DNA of 64,000 bases from Rhodospirillaceae bacterium (GTDB lineage: Bacteria > Pseudomonadota > Alphaproteobacteria > Rhodospirillales > JABJKH01), in NCBI GenBank assembly GCA_018660465.1, contig JABJKH010000065.1, positions 3,728 through 67,727 on the forward strand. The letters are read 5' to 3'. The notes beneath the pieces are model-generated. The model searched no databases, was not told the DNA's origin, and saw nothing but the letters and a program-made list of their open reading frames with translations. The translations under genes were made by a program, and so were the position numbers. The stretch's first letter is position 1; every line of letters begins with the position of its first letter. Positions 26,511 to 35,833 of this stretch are shown here, in pieces.

Positions 26511-27579
26511 CACCCTCTCAACATTTGCCGATGTAAGTGTAGTAATCCCTGCGTTTAATGCGCGGGAAACAATCTCGCGTGCGCTACGCAGCGTTGCAGA
26601 ACAGACCCTAAAGCCACGAGAAGTTATCGTTGTTGACGACGGGTCGACCGATAACACTTTGGAGACGGCACGGAAATTTGAGTCACAAATGAAAGACATC
26701 TCTCTAATCGTCATCAAGCAGGAGAATAAAGGTGCCGGTGCTGCCCGCAATCGAGCGCTCAAAGAATCTTCGCAACCGATTATTGCGTTCCTTGATGCAG
26801 ATGATGAATGGTTCCCTAAAAAACTGGAACGCAGTCTTCATCACATGGATTCGGGGAACTACAAACTCGTCGCTCATAATGGATATATCGTTGAAGGGGG
26901 ACAGGAATCGGTCATTGATTGTGCAGCGCGATACAATGAAGGCTCGTCTCCCTACGTTTCTCTGTACCGGAAGGGGTATATTGATACGTGTACCGTCGTC
27001 GTAAAGAAAGATTTGCTCACCGCGAACGGGGGGTTTGATGAGAGCCTGCCAAATGCTCAAGATTTTGATATGTGGCTTGCGGTCCTTAAAGACGGAAAGG
27101 CAGATTTCCTAGTGTTTGATGAGGTTCTCTCCAAGTACTATGTAACGCCGGGTAGCATCATGAGTCATACTGAAAGGCGTTTGGCCTGTTGCCTTGAAAT
27201 TGCCCAACGCTATGCCGCTGACTTGGCCATTTTCACGAAAAAACCAATACTTAGCCTATGGTTCCGGGTCCTTGCCATTTATATGGAGACGGCACAGGCC
27301 TATCGCGCTCAGTTCAAGTTACCTCAAATGGTCGGGGTCATGTTTCGATTGCCCGTAGGTCTATTCATAGCGACGCTGGAATTTAAATTTGAACCTCGGC
27401 CCCCCCGCGTTAGTCACCTGGTTAGCAGCTCTGAATTTTCAACCAACAACAACCACACGGGTCAGCACCACGTTATTTTTATAACCCTTTATATTTGGGT
27501 CTTTGTAATTTTGATCGCTTATCTTTACCAGTTTCGCGCGTTCTCGCGACCGATCTTTAATATTTTAGGCTTAAATTAG
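26488..27579 (+). CDS. GT2-family glycosyltransferase with hydrophobic C-terminus
   Basis: VSVVIPAFNARETI, VVDDGSTDNT and LDADDEW (DxD). C-terminal TM (HHVIFITLYIWVFVILIAYLY). Confidence 0.85.
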   Translation: MTLPKPPDTLSTFADVSVVIPAFNARETISRALRSVAEQTLKPREVIVVDDGSTDNTLETARKFESQMKDISLIVIKQENKGAGAARNRALKESSQPIIAFLDADDEWFPKKLERSLHHMDSGNYKLVAHNGYIVEGGQESVIDCAARYNEGSSPYVSLYRKGYIDTCTVVVKKDLLTANGGFDESLPNAQDFDMWLAVLKDGKADFLVFDEVLSKYYVTPGSIMSHTERRLACCLEIAQRYAADLAIFTKKPILSLWFRVLAIYMETAQAYRAQFKLPQMVGVMFRLPVGLFIATLEFKFEPRPPRVSHLVSSSEFSTNNNHTGQHHVIFITLYIWVFVILIAYLYQFRAFSRPIFNILGLN

Positions 27580-29465
27580 TGGTCGCCTTTCCCGTTCTTA
27601 TTCTCCAATGTTGTTGTTGTCTCGGCTTTGGCGCGATGGTTCTTCGGCTCCTGAAACTGCAATCCCAATTTCGCCCCTGGGAAGAGGCCATCTTCGCCTT
27701 CGCAATCGGATTTGGCATCCTGGGATGGCTTTTATTTCCCATGGGAATTTCAGGCCTTCTTGGGAAAGGGTGGCTGCTGGTCTTGCTCGCGTCAGGGCTC
27801 CCTGGGTTAGTCTTATTACGACGGCCGGAGCCCTATAAAGGGGGCCTCGATAATGTAGGAAAAGGTCTACTTCTTCTAATTGGTGTTGTGACCGTTTTTG
27901 ACATTGCGGAAGCTTGGGCGCCTCCGACCGATGCCGATTCTCTTGCTTATCATTTCAATGCCATCAAACAGTTTTTGGCCGCCGGAAGAATAGAATTTAT
28001 TCTCCGGCCTCTTGATGGCGCAATTCCCTATCTCATCCAAATGACCTACCTGCCGGTATTGGCACTTGGCGGTGAAATCGCCTTAACGTTTTGGATTCTG
28101 ATTAGCGGAGGTGTTACTGCTGCCTTGTTATTTATTTTGTGCAGGCGCCATCTCAGTCACAACTGGTCGTTGTGTGTCACCCTGATTTTTCTAACCACGC
28201 CTGTTGTGATTTACGCCGCTGGAACCGGACAAGTTGAAATACGTATGGCCATGTTTGTCCTGGTGGCCGCATGGGCAATTGCACAGGCAATTCAAACCGG
28301 GGAGAACCGCTATGCCGTGCTAGCCGGTCTGGCGGTTGGGTTTATATTCGGTGCAAAATATACAGGCCTGTTATTTGCCCTTGCCGCCGGACTGACAATT
28401 TTGCTTCAGCGCAGGTGGCTTTCCCATAGCCTAATTCTCGTCGCGGTATCCATGGTAGCTGGAAGCCAATGGTATCTCTGGAATGCGGTTCATACCGGCG
28501 ATCCTTTTTTCCCAATGTTCTTCCAATGGTTCGGATTTGATGACCTGACGTTATGGACAAAATCCCATGACCTGGATTTTAAAGCGCATTATTTTCCCCA
28601 TGAACTCCCCGCACCGCGAAATTTTGGGTGGTTCGTGCTTTATCCGTTTGCAGCAACTCTTAATCCGTTCCCTAAATTTGAATCTGGGCTGACAGGGTTT
28701 GGGTCTTTCGGACTCATACTATTGCCTTTTGCTATAGGGGGGCTTTGGAAATGGCGACGGCGTCTCCACAACGGCCCTCTACCCGTTTATACCCTGCTTA
28801 CGTTGCTCTTCTATGGTTTTTGGTTTTTTATCGCCTCGTCGCAGCGAATTCGGTTTATCTTGCCCGTCCTTCCCTTGTTTCTAATTTGCTTTACCGTGGC
28901 GGCACAACGGTTCGCGGGGCAGACATCCTACAAAGCCCCGCTTATTGCCGGAGTTTCGGTTGTTATGGCCCTGCAATTAGCAGCGGCGGGCTTGTTTTCG
29001 ATCAAATACCTTCGCTATTCGTTGTCAGGAGAAACCCGTCAGGATTTTGTAGAAAATTACGTTACGAAATTTTCCTCCGTACCCTGGATCAATGCAAATC
29101 TTTCTAAACAGGACAAAATACTAATTTCCGATAGACAACTGCATTACTATTTTAATGTTCCGACATTTTTTGTTGGCAGCTACTCTCAGGCTGTAATTAG
29201 CTACTATGGGAGAGAGCGGTCTCCAAAGATTATGTACGACCAACTCGCCTCACTCGGGATTACCCATCTTCTGCTCAGTACGCCGCTTGGCGCAACAGAC
29301 CAAATTTACCCAAAACCTTTTGGAACACTTCATCGGCAAGATTGTTTTCTAACCCTTAAATCGATCCCTGTGCGTTCAATCAAATCCCGAACACTTTCCG
29401 GTCGGACCTCTCCAAACATTTTGGCTCACATCCTTAAACTTCGACCAAGAAACTGCCTTCAATAA
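27579..29465 (+). CDS. Large polytopic membrane protein, ArnT/PMT-like GT-C-fold glycosyltransferase candidate
   Basis: GTG start overlapping the upstream stop (taGtg). At least 10 hydrophobic helices. Acidic first-loop motif AWAPPTDADSLAYHF. FGAKYTGLLF-type segment. Soluble ~130-aa C-terminal domain. Confidence 0.55.
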   Translation: MVAFPVLILQCCCCLGFGAMVLRLLKLQSQFRPWEEAIFAFAIGFGILGWLLFPMGISGLLGKGWLLVLLASGLPGLVLLRRPEPYKGGLDNVGKGLLLLIGVVTVFDIAEAWAPPTDADSLAYHFNAIKQFLAAGRIEFILRPLDGAIPYLIQMTYLPVLALGGEIALTFWILISGGVTAALLFILCRRHLSHNWSLCVTLIFLTTPVVIYAAGTGQVEIRMAMFVLVAAWAIAQAIQTGENRYAVLAGLAVGFIFGAKYTGLLFALAAGLTILLQRRWLSHSLILVAVSMVAGSQWYLWNAVHTGDPFFPMFFQWFGFDDLTLWTKSHDLDFKAHYFPHELPAPRNFGWFVLYPFAATLNPFPKFESGLTGFGSFGLILLPFAIGGLWKWRRRLHNGPLPVYTLLTLLFYGFWFFIASSQRIRFILPVLPLFLICFTVAAQRFAGQTSYKAPLIAGVSVVMALQLAAAGLFSIKYLRYSLSGETRQDFVENYVTKFSSVPWINANLSKQDKILISDRQLHYYFNVPTFFVGSYSQAVISYYGRERSPKIMYDQLASLGITHLLLSTPLGATDQIYPKPFGTLHRQDCFLTLKSIPVRSIKSRTLSGRTSPNILAHILKLRPRNCLQ

Positions 29466-29527
29466 TTGCACTTTTGTGAATTACCGAATAGAAACTGTTG
29501 AGTTCCCGGAATTAATTAAGCTGAACA

Positions 29528-30244
29528 ATGGCCCTTAAAAGTCTCTCCATCGTCATTCCCTGCTTCAACGAATCTAAAACGCTGAAGGAAATGGTCACAC
29601 GCGTACTCGCCGCCGATAAGTGTGGCTTGGCTCTTGACCTCATTATCGTTGATGATGATTCGACCGATGATTCCTTCGACATTGCAACGTCTCTTGCTGA
29701 ACAGGATGATCGCATTCGCGTCGCAAAACAAAGCCCCAATATGGGAAAGGGAGCGGCGCTGCGAAAGGGTTTCGACATTGCTAATGGGGATGTCATCCTT
29801 ATTCAAGATGCAGACCTTGAGTATGATCCAAATGAATACGCGAAACTGTTAAGGCCCATTCTTAATGATAGTGCTGATATCGTTTACGGCTCACGATTTA
29901 GAGGCGGCGAAACAACCCGTGTCCTCTATTTTTGGCACAGCTTAGGAAACAAAGGCCTTACACTTCTTTCTAATATGTTCACGAACTTGAATCTCACGGA
30001 TATGGAAACGTGTTATAAAGTTTTCCGAACAGATATTCTCCGAAAAATAACATTGAAAGAAAACCGGTTTGGATTTGAGCCCGAAGTAACCGCCAAACTT
30101 TCCCGCCTTAATCCCCAGCCACGTTTTTACGAAGTTGGGATCAGCTACCACGGCAGAACTTATAATGAGGGCAAAAAAATTGGCTGGAAAGATGGCGTTC
30201 AAGCTTTAATTTGTATCCTTCGCTATAATTTATTTTCTAATTAA
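29528..30244 (+). CDS. GT2-family glycosyltransferase, dolichyl/polyprenyl-phosphate sugar synthase-like (soluble)
   Basis: [24 protein letters not shown] and [10 protein letters not shown]. 238 aa with no TM. Closest in layout to Dpm1/Alg5-type enzymes. Confidence 0.85.
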   Translation: MALKSLSIVIPCFNESKTLKEMVTRVLAADKCGLALDLIIVDDDSTDDSFDIATSLAEQDDRIRVAKQSPNMGKGAALRKGFDIANGDVILIQDADLEYDPNEYAKLLRPILNDSADIVYGSRFRGGETTRVLYFWHSLGNKGLTLLSNMFTNLNLTDMETCYKVFRTDILRKITLKENRFGFEPEVTAKLSRLNPQPRFYEVGISYHGRTYNEGKKIGWKDGVQALICILRYNLFSN

Positions 30245-30272
30245 TGACGCGGCTTAAAGTATAGATTGTTTA

Positions 30273-31019
30273 ATGGAGAGTATTGAAGCGAATGGCGGGC
30301 GGCAGGCGTATAACACGCAAGACTTGGAAGCTCTTCATGATTTGAAAAATTATCAAAAATGGATTTTAGATTATTTTCGTCCATACCTCCGTGGCTCCGG
30401 GATTGAATTCGGCGCCGGCATGGGGGGAAATTCAGTCAAAATTCTACCATTTTTTGATACACTCGACCTAGTAGAACCGTCGCCAAATTTGATTGAGACC
30501 CTCCATGACCGCTTCGATGACAACAGCGCTGTTTCAATTATAGACGCGACGCTTGAAAACCATATCAGCGCCCTACCGAATGAATTTCGGGACTCCGTCA
30601 TTCTCATCAACGTCTTGGAGCATATTGAAAAGGATGCTGAAACGCTCTGTGATATCTTTCGTATCCTGAAACCAGGCGGTCATCTTTTGTTGTTTGTACC
30701 CGCCTTGCCGCAGCTCTTTAGTGAAATGGATCGCGTCTTATGTCATTTTCGGCGGTATTATCATAAAGGTCTTCGTGAACTTGTAGAAAATGCAGGATTT
30801 ACGATCGTAAAGTCATCGTATTTTGATTTGCTCGGAATTGTTCCCTGGTTTCTAGTAAACACTCTTGGCAGACAGACGACGTTCAACCAAAGCTTAGCAC
30901 AGCTTTACGATAGCATCGGGATTCCGTTTACGCGTACGATGGAGAACTACATCAGCCCTCCAATTGGAAAAAATGTTATTTTGGTCGCCCAGCGCCCTGG
31001 TAATGAAAATGACGTTTGA
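30273..31019 (+). CDS. Class I SAM-dependent methyltransferase
   Basis: Motif I GIEFGAGMGGNS, then INVLEHIEKD and LKPGGHLLLFVP. Confidence 0.8.
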   Translation: MESIEANGGRQAYNTQDLEALHDLKNYQKWILDYFRPYLRGSGIEFGAGMGGNSVKILPFFDTLDLVEPSPNLIETLHDRFDDNSAVSIIDATLENHISALPNEFRDSVILINVLEHIEKDAETLCDIFRILKPGGHLLLFVPALPQLFSEMDRVLCHFRRYYHKGLRELVENAGFTIVKSSYFDLLGIVPWFLVNTLGRQTTFNQSLAQLYDSIGIPFTRTMENYISPPIGKNVILVAQRPGNENDV

Positions 31020-31052
31020 TTATCGAGCCATTATTAATAACTGCCCCTATTC

Positions 31053-32318
31053 ATGAAAAATATCCACAAAGGTCATATTCTTGGCTTCGCTGCTTTTTTC
31101 ATCATACCGCTGGCGATTTTCATGCCCAAATCGCTGGCCCCCTTGTTTGTCGTGACGAGCCTTCTCATTCTCGGTTTTCATGTATCCAAACAAAGGGTCT
31201 TTCCTAAACTCCCGCCGAAGCAATTGGTTTTGTTCTTGGTTGCAAGTATTTGGGCTCTAACAAGTTCGATTTGGTCCATCGCGCCTGACGAAACGCTTTC
31301 GCTTATATTGCCACTAAGTGCTACTTTTTTTGCGGGTCTTGTGATCTCATCAGTCGCGTCGAATTTTAGCGCGACCGAGACTGAGACTTTTTCAAAATTT
31401 TTAGTCGTCGGCTTTTTCATAGGAATTATTATTTTAACGATTGAAATTATTACACCGCTTTTACTGACCCAATATTTACATTCCGTTATTCTTGGAAAAG
31501 GCTTTGATACCACGATCAGAGCCAGAGGTTTTGGTGCGGAGAATTTTTATAAAAACGGGGTCACCATCGCCGCACTTCTGTTTTGGCCTTGTTTAGCTAT
31601 TTTATGGAACCGATTTGGACGTTTTGCCGCCCTAGCTCTAACGCTGGTTTTGACGTTTATTTTTTTTATAAGCGGCAGCCTGTCTGCGTTTGTCGCTCTT
31701 GTTACAGGAGTTGTCGCCGCGTTAGGCTTCTTGGTATTTAAGGGTAAGGCTATCAATATTTATATCATAGCCGTTGTTTTAGCGACCTTCGCCGCTCCCC
31801 TGATCCCACAAGCCCTACCGGATACCCGTGAGCTTTCTAAAATTGCCCCAAGATTTCCAGATTCAGTTTTTCCTCGGATTGTGATCTGGAAATACGCTGC
31901 ATCGATCATCGCCGAGGACCCCATTTCGGGAAAAGGGCTCGATACGGCCCGAGTCGTTTCAAGAAATACGAAAGTGATCAAATTTTTCGGTCAAAACGGT
32001 GGGGGACGAGTCACACCGGGGATTCCTCTTCATCCCCATAATACCATTCTTCAAATCTGGGTGGAGTTAGGTTTGGTCGGCGCGATAATTTTTGGGTTGA
32101 TAATGATAACAATCCTGCGGCAGGTAGGCCGTTTAAAATGCGATGTCTCGATAAGTACGTCCGTTATTGGCATGTTCTTCACGACATTTTTCGTCGCAAA
32201 TGTAAGTTACGGAATTTGGCAAAGCTGGTGGCAAAGCGCCATTTGGTTAAATGTCGCCTTTATAGTTCTCCTGGCCAAGGCAAATAATTCCCAAGGTGAC
32301 AGGATCGTCTCTTCGTAA
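31053..32318 (+). CDS. O-antigen ligase/polymerase-family (Wzy_C domain) membrane protein
   Basis: About 10-12 TM segments. Periplasmic loop with PLHPHNTILQIWVELGLVGAIIFGL, the conserved H...N...E.G..G motif of WaaL/Wzy_C proteins. Confidence 0.8.
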   Translation: MKNIHKGHILGFAAFFIIPLAIFMPKSLAPLFVVTSLLILGFHVSKQRVFPKLPPKQLVLFLVASIWALTSSIWSIAPDETLSLILPLSATFFAGLVISSVASNFSATETETFSKFLVVGFFIGIIILTIEIITPLLLTQYLHSVILGKGFDTTIRARGFGAENFYKNGVTIAALLFWPCLAILWNRFGRFAALALTLVLTFIFFISGSLSAFVALVTGVVAALGFLVFKGKAINIYIIAVVLATFAAPLIPQALPDTRELSKIAPRFPDSVFPRIVIWKYAASIIAEDPISGKGLDTARVVSRNTKVIKFFGQNGGGRVTPGIPLHPHNTILQIWVELGLVGAIIFGLIMITILRQVGRLKCDVSISTSVIGMFFTTFFVANVSYGIWQSWWQSAIWLNVAFIVLLAKANNSQGDRIVSS

Positions 32319-32321
32319 ATC

Positions 32322-33740
32322 TTATTTAATTTTGAGCAAGTAAAGAACTCGTGTTGACCCTTCGCCTGCGGCCTTGCGGATAATTTCAAAGTTTTTCAGG
32401 CACGCGACTTCAAAGGCAGGTTGATCAAACCATTCGTAGAGATTTTCACGGCCGCGACAAATTTTTAGAAACATAGGATCTTCTTTCGCAACGAACTCAA
32501 TGATCAACCATTTTTGACTTAAGCTTGCAGCGAGCGAAAGAATTTCTTCAAGAGGAATTCCTCCAGTTACCATCATATGGTGAATGACGGCGAGCATAAC
32601 GACGATATCGAATTTCTTATTTGCTCGAGAAAGAAAAGATAGTTTCTCATTATTTTTCCAGCCAATTCCGGGAGAAGGCTGGGTAAGGTTTTGGACTAAG
32701 GGTAGAATTTTGGCATCGTTTTCTTGAGCCATGCGCCATACACTGCCAATAACAACAGGGTCTAAGTCCACCGCTACGACGTCCGCACCATTCTTAGCAA
32801 GAATCGCGCTAAAATGGCCTGTATTACACCCGATATCCAGTGCCGTTTTTGGTCCAAATTCAGAAATTGCTGACGTGACAAATGACTCTTTTGAAGTTAG
32901 GCCCTCGGCCGAATATGTATTCTCCTGCATGTAGTTCGACCATTCTGAATTTTTAGTCTTAGGCTGGGATAGGCGATTTAAGTGGCGGCGTAGGCGACGA
33001 TATGTCGCACGCAAAATAAATTTAGCCTTCTCGTCAGACTCCAGTAACCTCGATTTATACACTCCGCCATCTTGGGAGAATTGACCAAACACTTTAGGAA
33101 GCGTTACGAGGCCCAAGTTTGCAGGCGCCAAACGATTTCCCCAACTCAGAATTTCGTAAGCTTCTTCCGGTTCAACGCCATCGGCTCTGTTTAGCAAGAG
33201 CTCTCCCGGCGGCATGCCAGTTCCTTTGTAAAGAAGCAATGGTAACAGGAACATTCGGATAAATTGCCCTTCGGCCCGCCAGATAGGATTTCCTTTCTCC
33301 CGAGGCTCAAACGAAAGGGCATCGACAAAAACTGGCGAAGGGCCATTAAACAGCACGTTGTCGGGTTTCGCGTCTTTTAATTCTGCGTCGTCATTTAAGA
33401 CGGCTTCTGCCAAATCGAGCGTCAGCCTTCCTGCCGCAGCAAGCATTTCTGGTGGCCATTCATGGGGATAAGACACAAACGGGATCACATCGTGATCAAC
33501 TGCCGCCACACCTCTGGAGTTATCAAGTTCGGCTGGTAGGTCGGCCAATTTTATTTGTCGGGTTTTTATTAATTGGTTGTCATCGCGAAAAGGCCCGAGG
33601 CTATCAGATTCAAGAAAAAAATTAAGATTTGCCAATCCGTCAGGTTGGATAATACGGATAAGACGCCCATCGAACTTATAAAGCTGTCCCGCAGGGTCCC
33701 TCAGGGTAAGTTTTTCGGCCATTTTGTTGGAACTGTTCAT
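32322..33740 (-). CDS. Two-domain protein: N-terminal kinase-like domain + C-terminal class I SAM methyltransferase
   Basis: C-terminal motif I ALDIGCNTGHFSAILAKNGADVVAVDLD. The N-terminal ~260 aa contains YPHEWPPEML...LKDAKPDNVLFNGPSPVFVDALSFE, a D-x-K-P-x-N catalytic-loop-like motif followed by a D-containing strand. Confidence 0.75.
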   Translation of the reverse strand: MNSSNKMAEKLTLRDPAGQLYKFDGRLIRIIQPDGLANLNFFLESDSLGPFRDDNQLIKTRQIKLADLPAELDNSRGVAAVDHDVIPFVSYPHEWPPEMLAAAGRLTLDLAEAVLNDDAELKDAKPDNVLFNGPSPVFVDALSFEPREKGNPIWRAEGQFIRMFLLPLLLYKGTGMPPGELLLNRADGVEPEEAYEILSWGNRLAPANLGLVTLPKVFGQFSQDGGVYKSRLLESDEKAKFILRATYRRLRRHLNRLSQPKTKNSEWSNYMQENTYSAEGLTSKESFVTSAISEFGPKTALDIGCNTGHFSAILAKNGADVVAVDLDPVVIGSVWRMAQENDAKILPLVQNLTQPSPGIGWKNNEKLSFLSRANKKFDIVVMLAVIHHMMVTGGIPLEEILSLAASLSQKWLIIEFVAKEDPMFLKICRGRENLYEWFDQPAFEVACLKNFEIIRKAAGEGSTRVLYLLKIK

Positions 33741-33815
33741 ATTGGAAACCTAGCACACAACGGGCATAGTCAGCCGTATCTCATCATTCGCCGAGATATG
33801 TCGGGAAATCTCATG

Positions 33816-34049
33816 CTAGCTCTTATCGTTCGAATTCTCTGTGCCCGACTCACCAGGTTTTCGGCCAAATCCGAACCGATCTTTTAGGCGTTGCCAATAA
33901 ATTTTAAGAGTGAACAACCCGCCTGCGATAGCCGCAATGAGAAGCTGTAGAAACATACTTCCCGAACCTGGATCAATATACGCGTGGGCCGTTGATGGCG
34001 CGATTGCCATGCAAATCACTAATAGTGTAAAACCTGAGCGCTGAGACAT
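33816..34049 (-). CDS. Small membrane protein with YIDPGSGS motif (start ambiguous)
   Basis: MSQRSGFTLLVICMAIAPSTAHAYIDPGSGSMFLQLLIAAIAGGLFTLKIYWQRLKDRF.... Alternative starts at 34124 and 34010 (MAIAPSTAHAYIDPGSGS...). One strong TM followed by a basic tail. Confidence 0.4.
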   Translation of the reverse strand: MSQRSGFTLLVICMAIAPSTAHAYIDPGSGSMFLQLLIAAIAGGLFTLKIYWQRLKDRFGFGRKPGESGTENSNDKS

Positions 34050-34249
34050 TTTAATCAAAAGTTGGGATTTAATTTTACAATTAACCATAGTGGAAACCGT
34101 TCTTCCATCGCGAAGATGCTTCAAGCCTATTCGACAAAGAACATTTACTGGTTGCGCCCCAATATAACAAGCGGCATTTCTGAGGCGCTTATATCCTCCC
34201 AGGTGCTACCTATTCGTGTCCCCTAAATTTCTAACTCCAAGAACTTTCA

Positions 34250-35833
34250 ATGAATAAATTTAACCACAATGTATTGAATATTACAGTCGTCTATTTCGGC
34301 ATAATTTCGCTTGGACTTTCTCAACCCCTCTTTAATGTCGTTGAGCTTTTTCAACGCGAGTTTCAGATCAGTCTCACTGGATTAATTCTGATCGTCATAT
34401 GTTTTCAATACGTTGTGACGGGACTTCTAGTTTTATTTAGGTTGATCCTAGGCAAGTGGGGCGAGAAATTTGATTATGTGGTTTATTTAGGGGCCCTTAT
34501 CAGCCTATTGAGGCAGCTTCAGATAAACTATTTAGAAACGGAATTCCTTTCCCCGTCACAAAAGACTGGCGTGGCAATCGTCTTAATTTTAGGGGCGATT
34601 GTCGCAATTTTATTATTCAAACGGGTAATTGATCAATTTAGTTATTTTCTTGGAATGGTCTCTCCAATCTTAGGCATCTATTTTGTAATTACTATGATGC
34701 CGCACGTCGCAATTGGCGATACACGAACTGTGGATCAAATAAACTCAGCCCCCACACCATCTAACCCACCAATCATTTTCATTGTTTTAGACGAATTAAG
34801 CCTGCCCCTGCTTCTGAACAATGAGGGTGATATAGACAAATCAAAGTATCCAAACTTTTATGCGCTTGCTCACGAAAGCGTCTGGTTTCGACAGGCAATA
34901 TCCAATTATCCAAGTTCTAGCCTCTCCTTTCCAAGCTTCCTTACAGGCAGGCTTAACCTAAACAAAAATGACATGAAGTTTCCCCAAGACGTGGAAACTT
35001 TGCCTCCGACGAGTCTCCCGCGGTTCCTAATTAAAAAGGGATATAATGTATCCATTTTAACCGATTTTTTTGGCTGCAAAGGCAAAGACTTTGAATGTCC
35101 CCGATACCTTTCTGATCAGAATTTTAACTTTATTTGGCGTATATTTTCAAAGTTTGTTCAGGAGTTTGGGCCAGATTATTTAGTCGATCGATATCTTCCA
35201 TTTTTACATGGTGGGCTTTTGAATTTCCAATATGAATCCGTGCTGCACGTGGCAAAAACGGCCAAGTCAGATACGTTTTATCTTGTCCATTTATTGACGA
35301 CCCACGCACCATATGTTTTTGCGGAAACGGGAGACTACCTTTATTCACCTGATCTAAAAATGGGCACTGGCGCAAATTATTCCAATACTCTTTTAAATTA
35401 TAAAAAGCAGGTGACGTACCAAGACAAACAACTTGGAAAGTTGATAGAATCATTTAAAAAATCTGGTCTCTATGAAAAAGCAGTCATTGCCATAATTGCA
35501 GATCATGGAAACTGTTGGACAGCTAAGTGTCCTGGACGCGTGTACCCAAGCCAAATTAGAACCATTGAACCCAGTCTCCCCAAAATTCCGGTATTTATTC
35601 GGGCACCGGGACTTAAGCCCAGAGTTGATGATGGTGATTTTCAACTTATCGATATCATGCCAACAATTATTGATGCTGCGGGCTTCTCTGCAGGCGAGCT
35701 GACAGGTATAGACGGAAGGTCCGCGCTTCTTGGCATAGAGACAACTCGACCGAGGAATTTTATTTTACAGTCATCTGGGGAAAGTGTTGACGTTGGTTTA
35801 CCGGTTCGCCGTATTATTGTAAAATCTGAGTAA
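34250..35833 (+). CDS. Sulfatase-fold (alkaline-phosphatase superfamily) membrane protein, LtaS/EptA/OpgB-like
   Basis: Five N-terminal TM helices, then PPIIFIVLDELS (metal ligand), YPSSSLSFPSFLTG (nucleophile region), HLLTTHAPY and IIADHGN. This is the architecture of phospho-substituent transferases. Confidence 0.7.
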   Translation: MNKFNHNVLNITVVYFGIISLGLSQPLFNVVELFQREFQISLTGLILIVICFQYVVTGLLVLFRLILGKWGEKFDYVVYLGALISLLRQLQINYLETEFLSPSQKTGVAIVLILGAIVAILLFKRVIDQFSYFLGMVSPILGIYFVITMMPHVAIGDTRTVDQINSAPTPSNPPIIFIVLDELSLPLLLNNEGDIDKSKYPNFYALAHESVWFRQAISNYPSSSLSFPSFLTGRLNLNKNDMKFPQDVETLPPTSLPRFLIKKGYNVSILTDFFGCKGKDFECPRYLSDQNFNFIWRIFSKFVQEFGPDYLVDRYLPFLHGGLLNFQYESVLHVAKTAKSDTFYLVHLLTTHAPYVFAETGDYLYSPDLKMGTGANYSNTLLNYKKQVTYQDKQLGKLIESFKKSGLYEKAVIAIIADHGNCWTAKCPGRVYPSQIRTIEPSLPKIPVFIRAPGLKPRVDDGDFQLIDIMPTIIDAAGFSAGELTGIDGRSALLGIETTRPRNFILQSSGESVDVGLPVRRIIVKSE

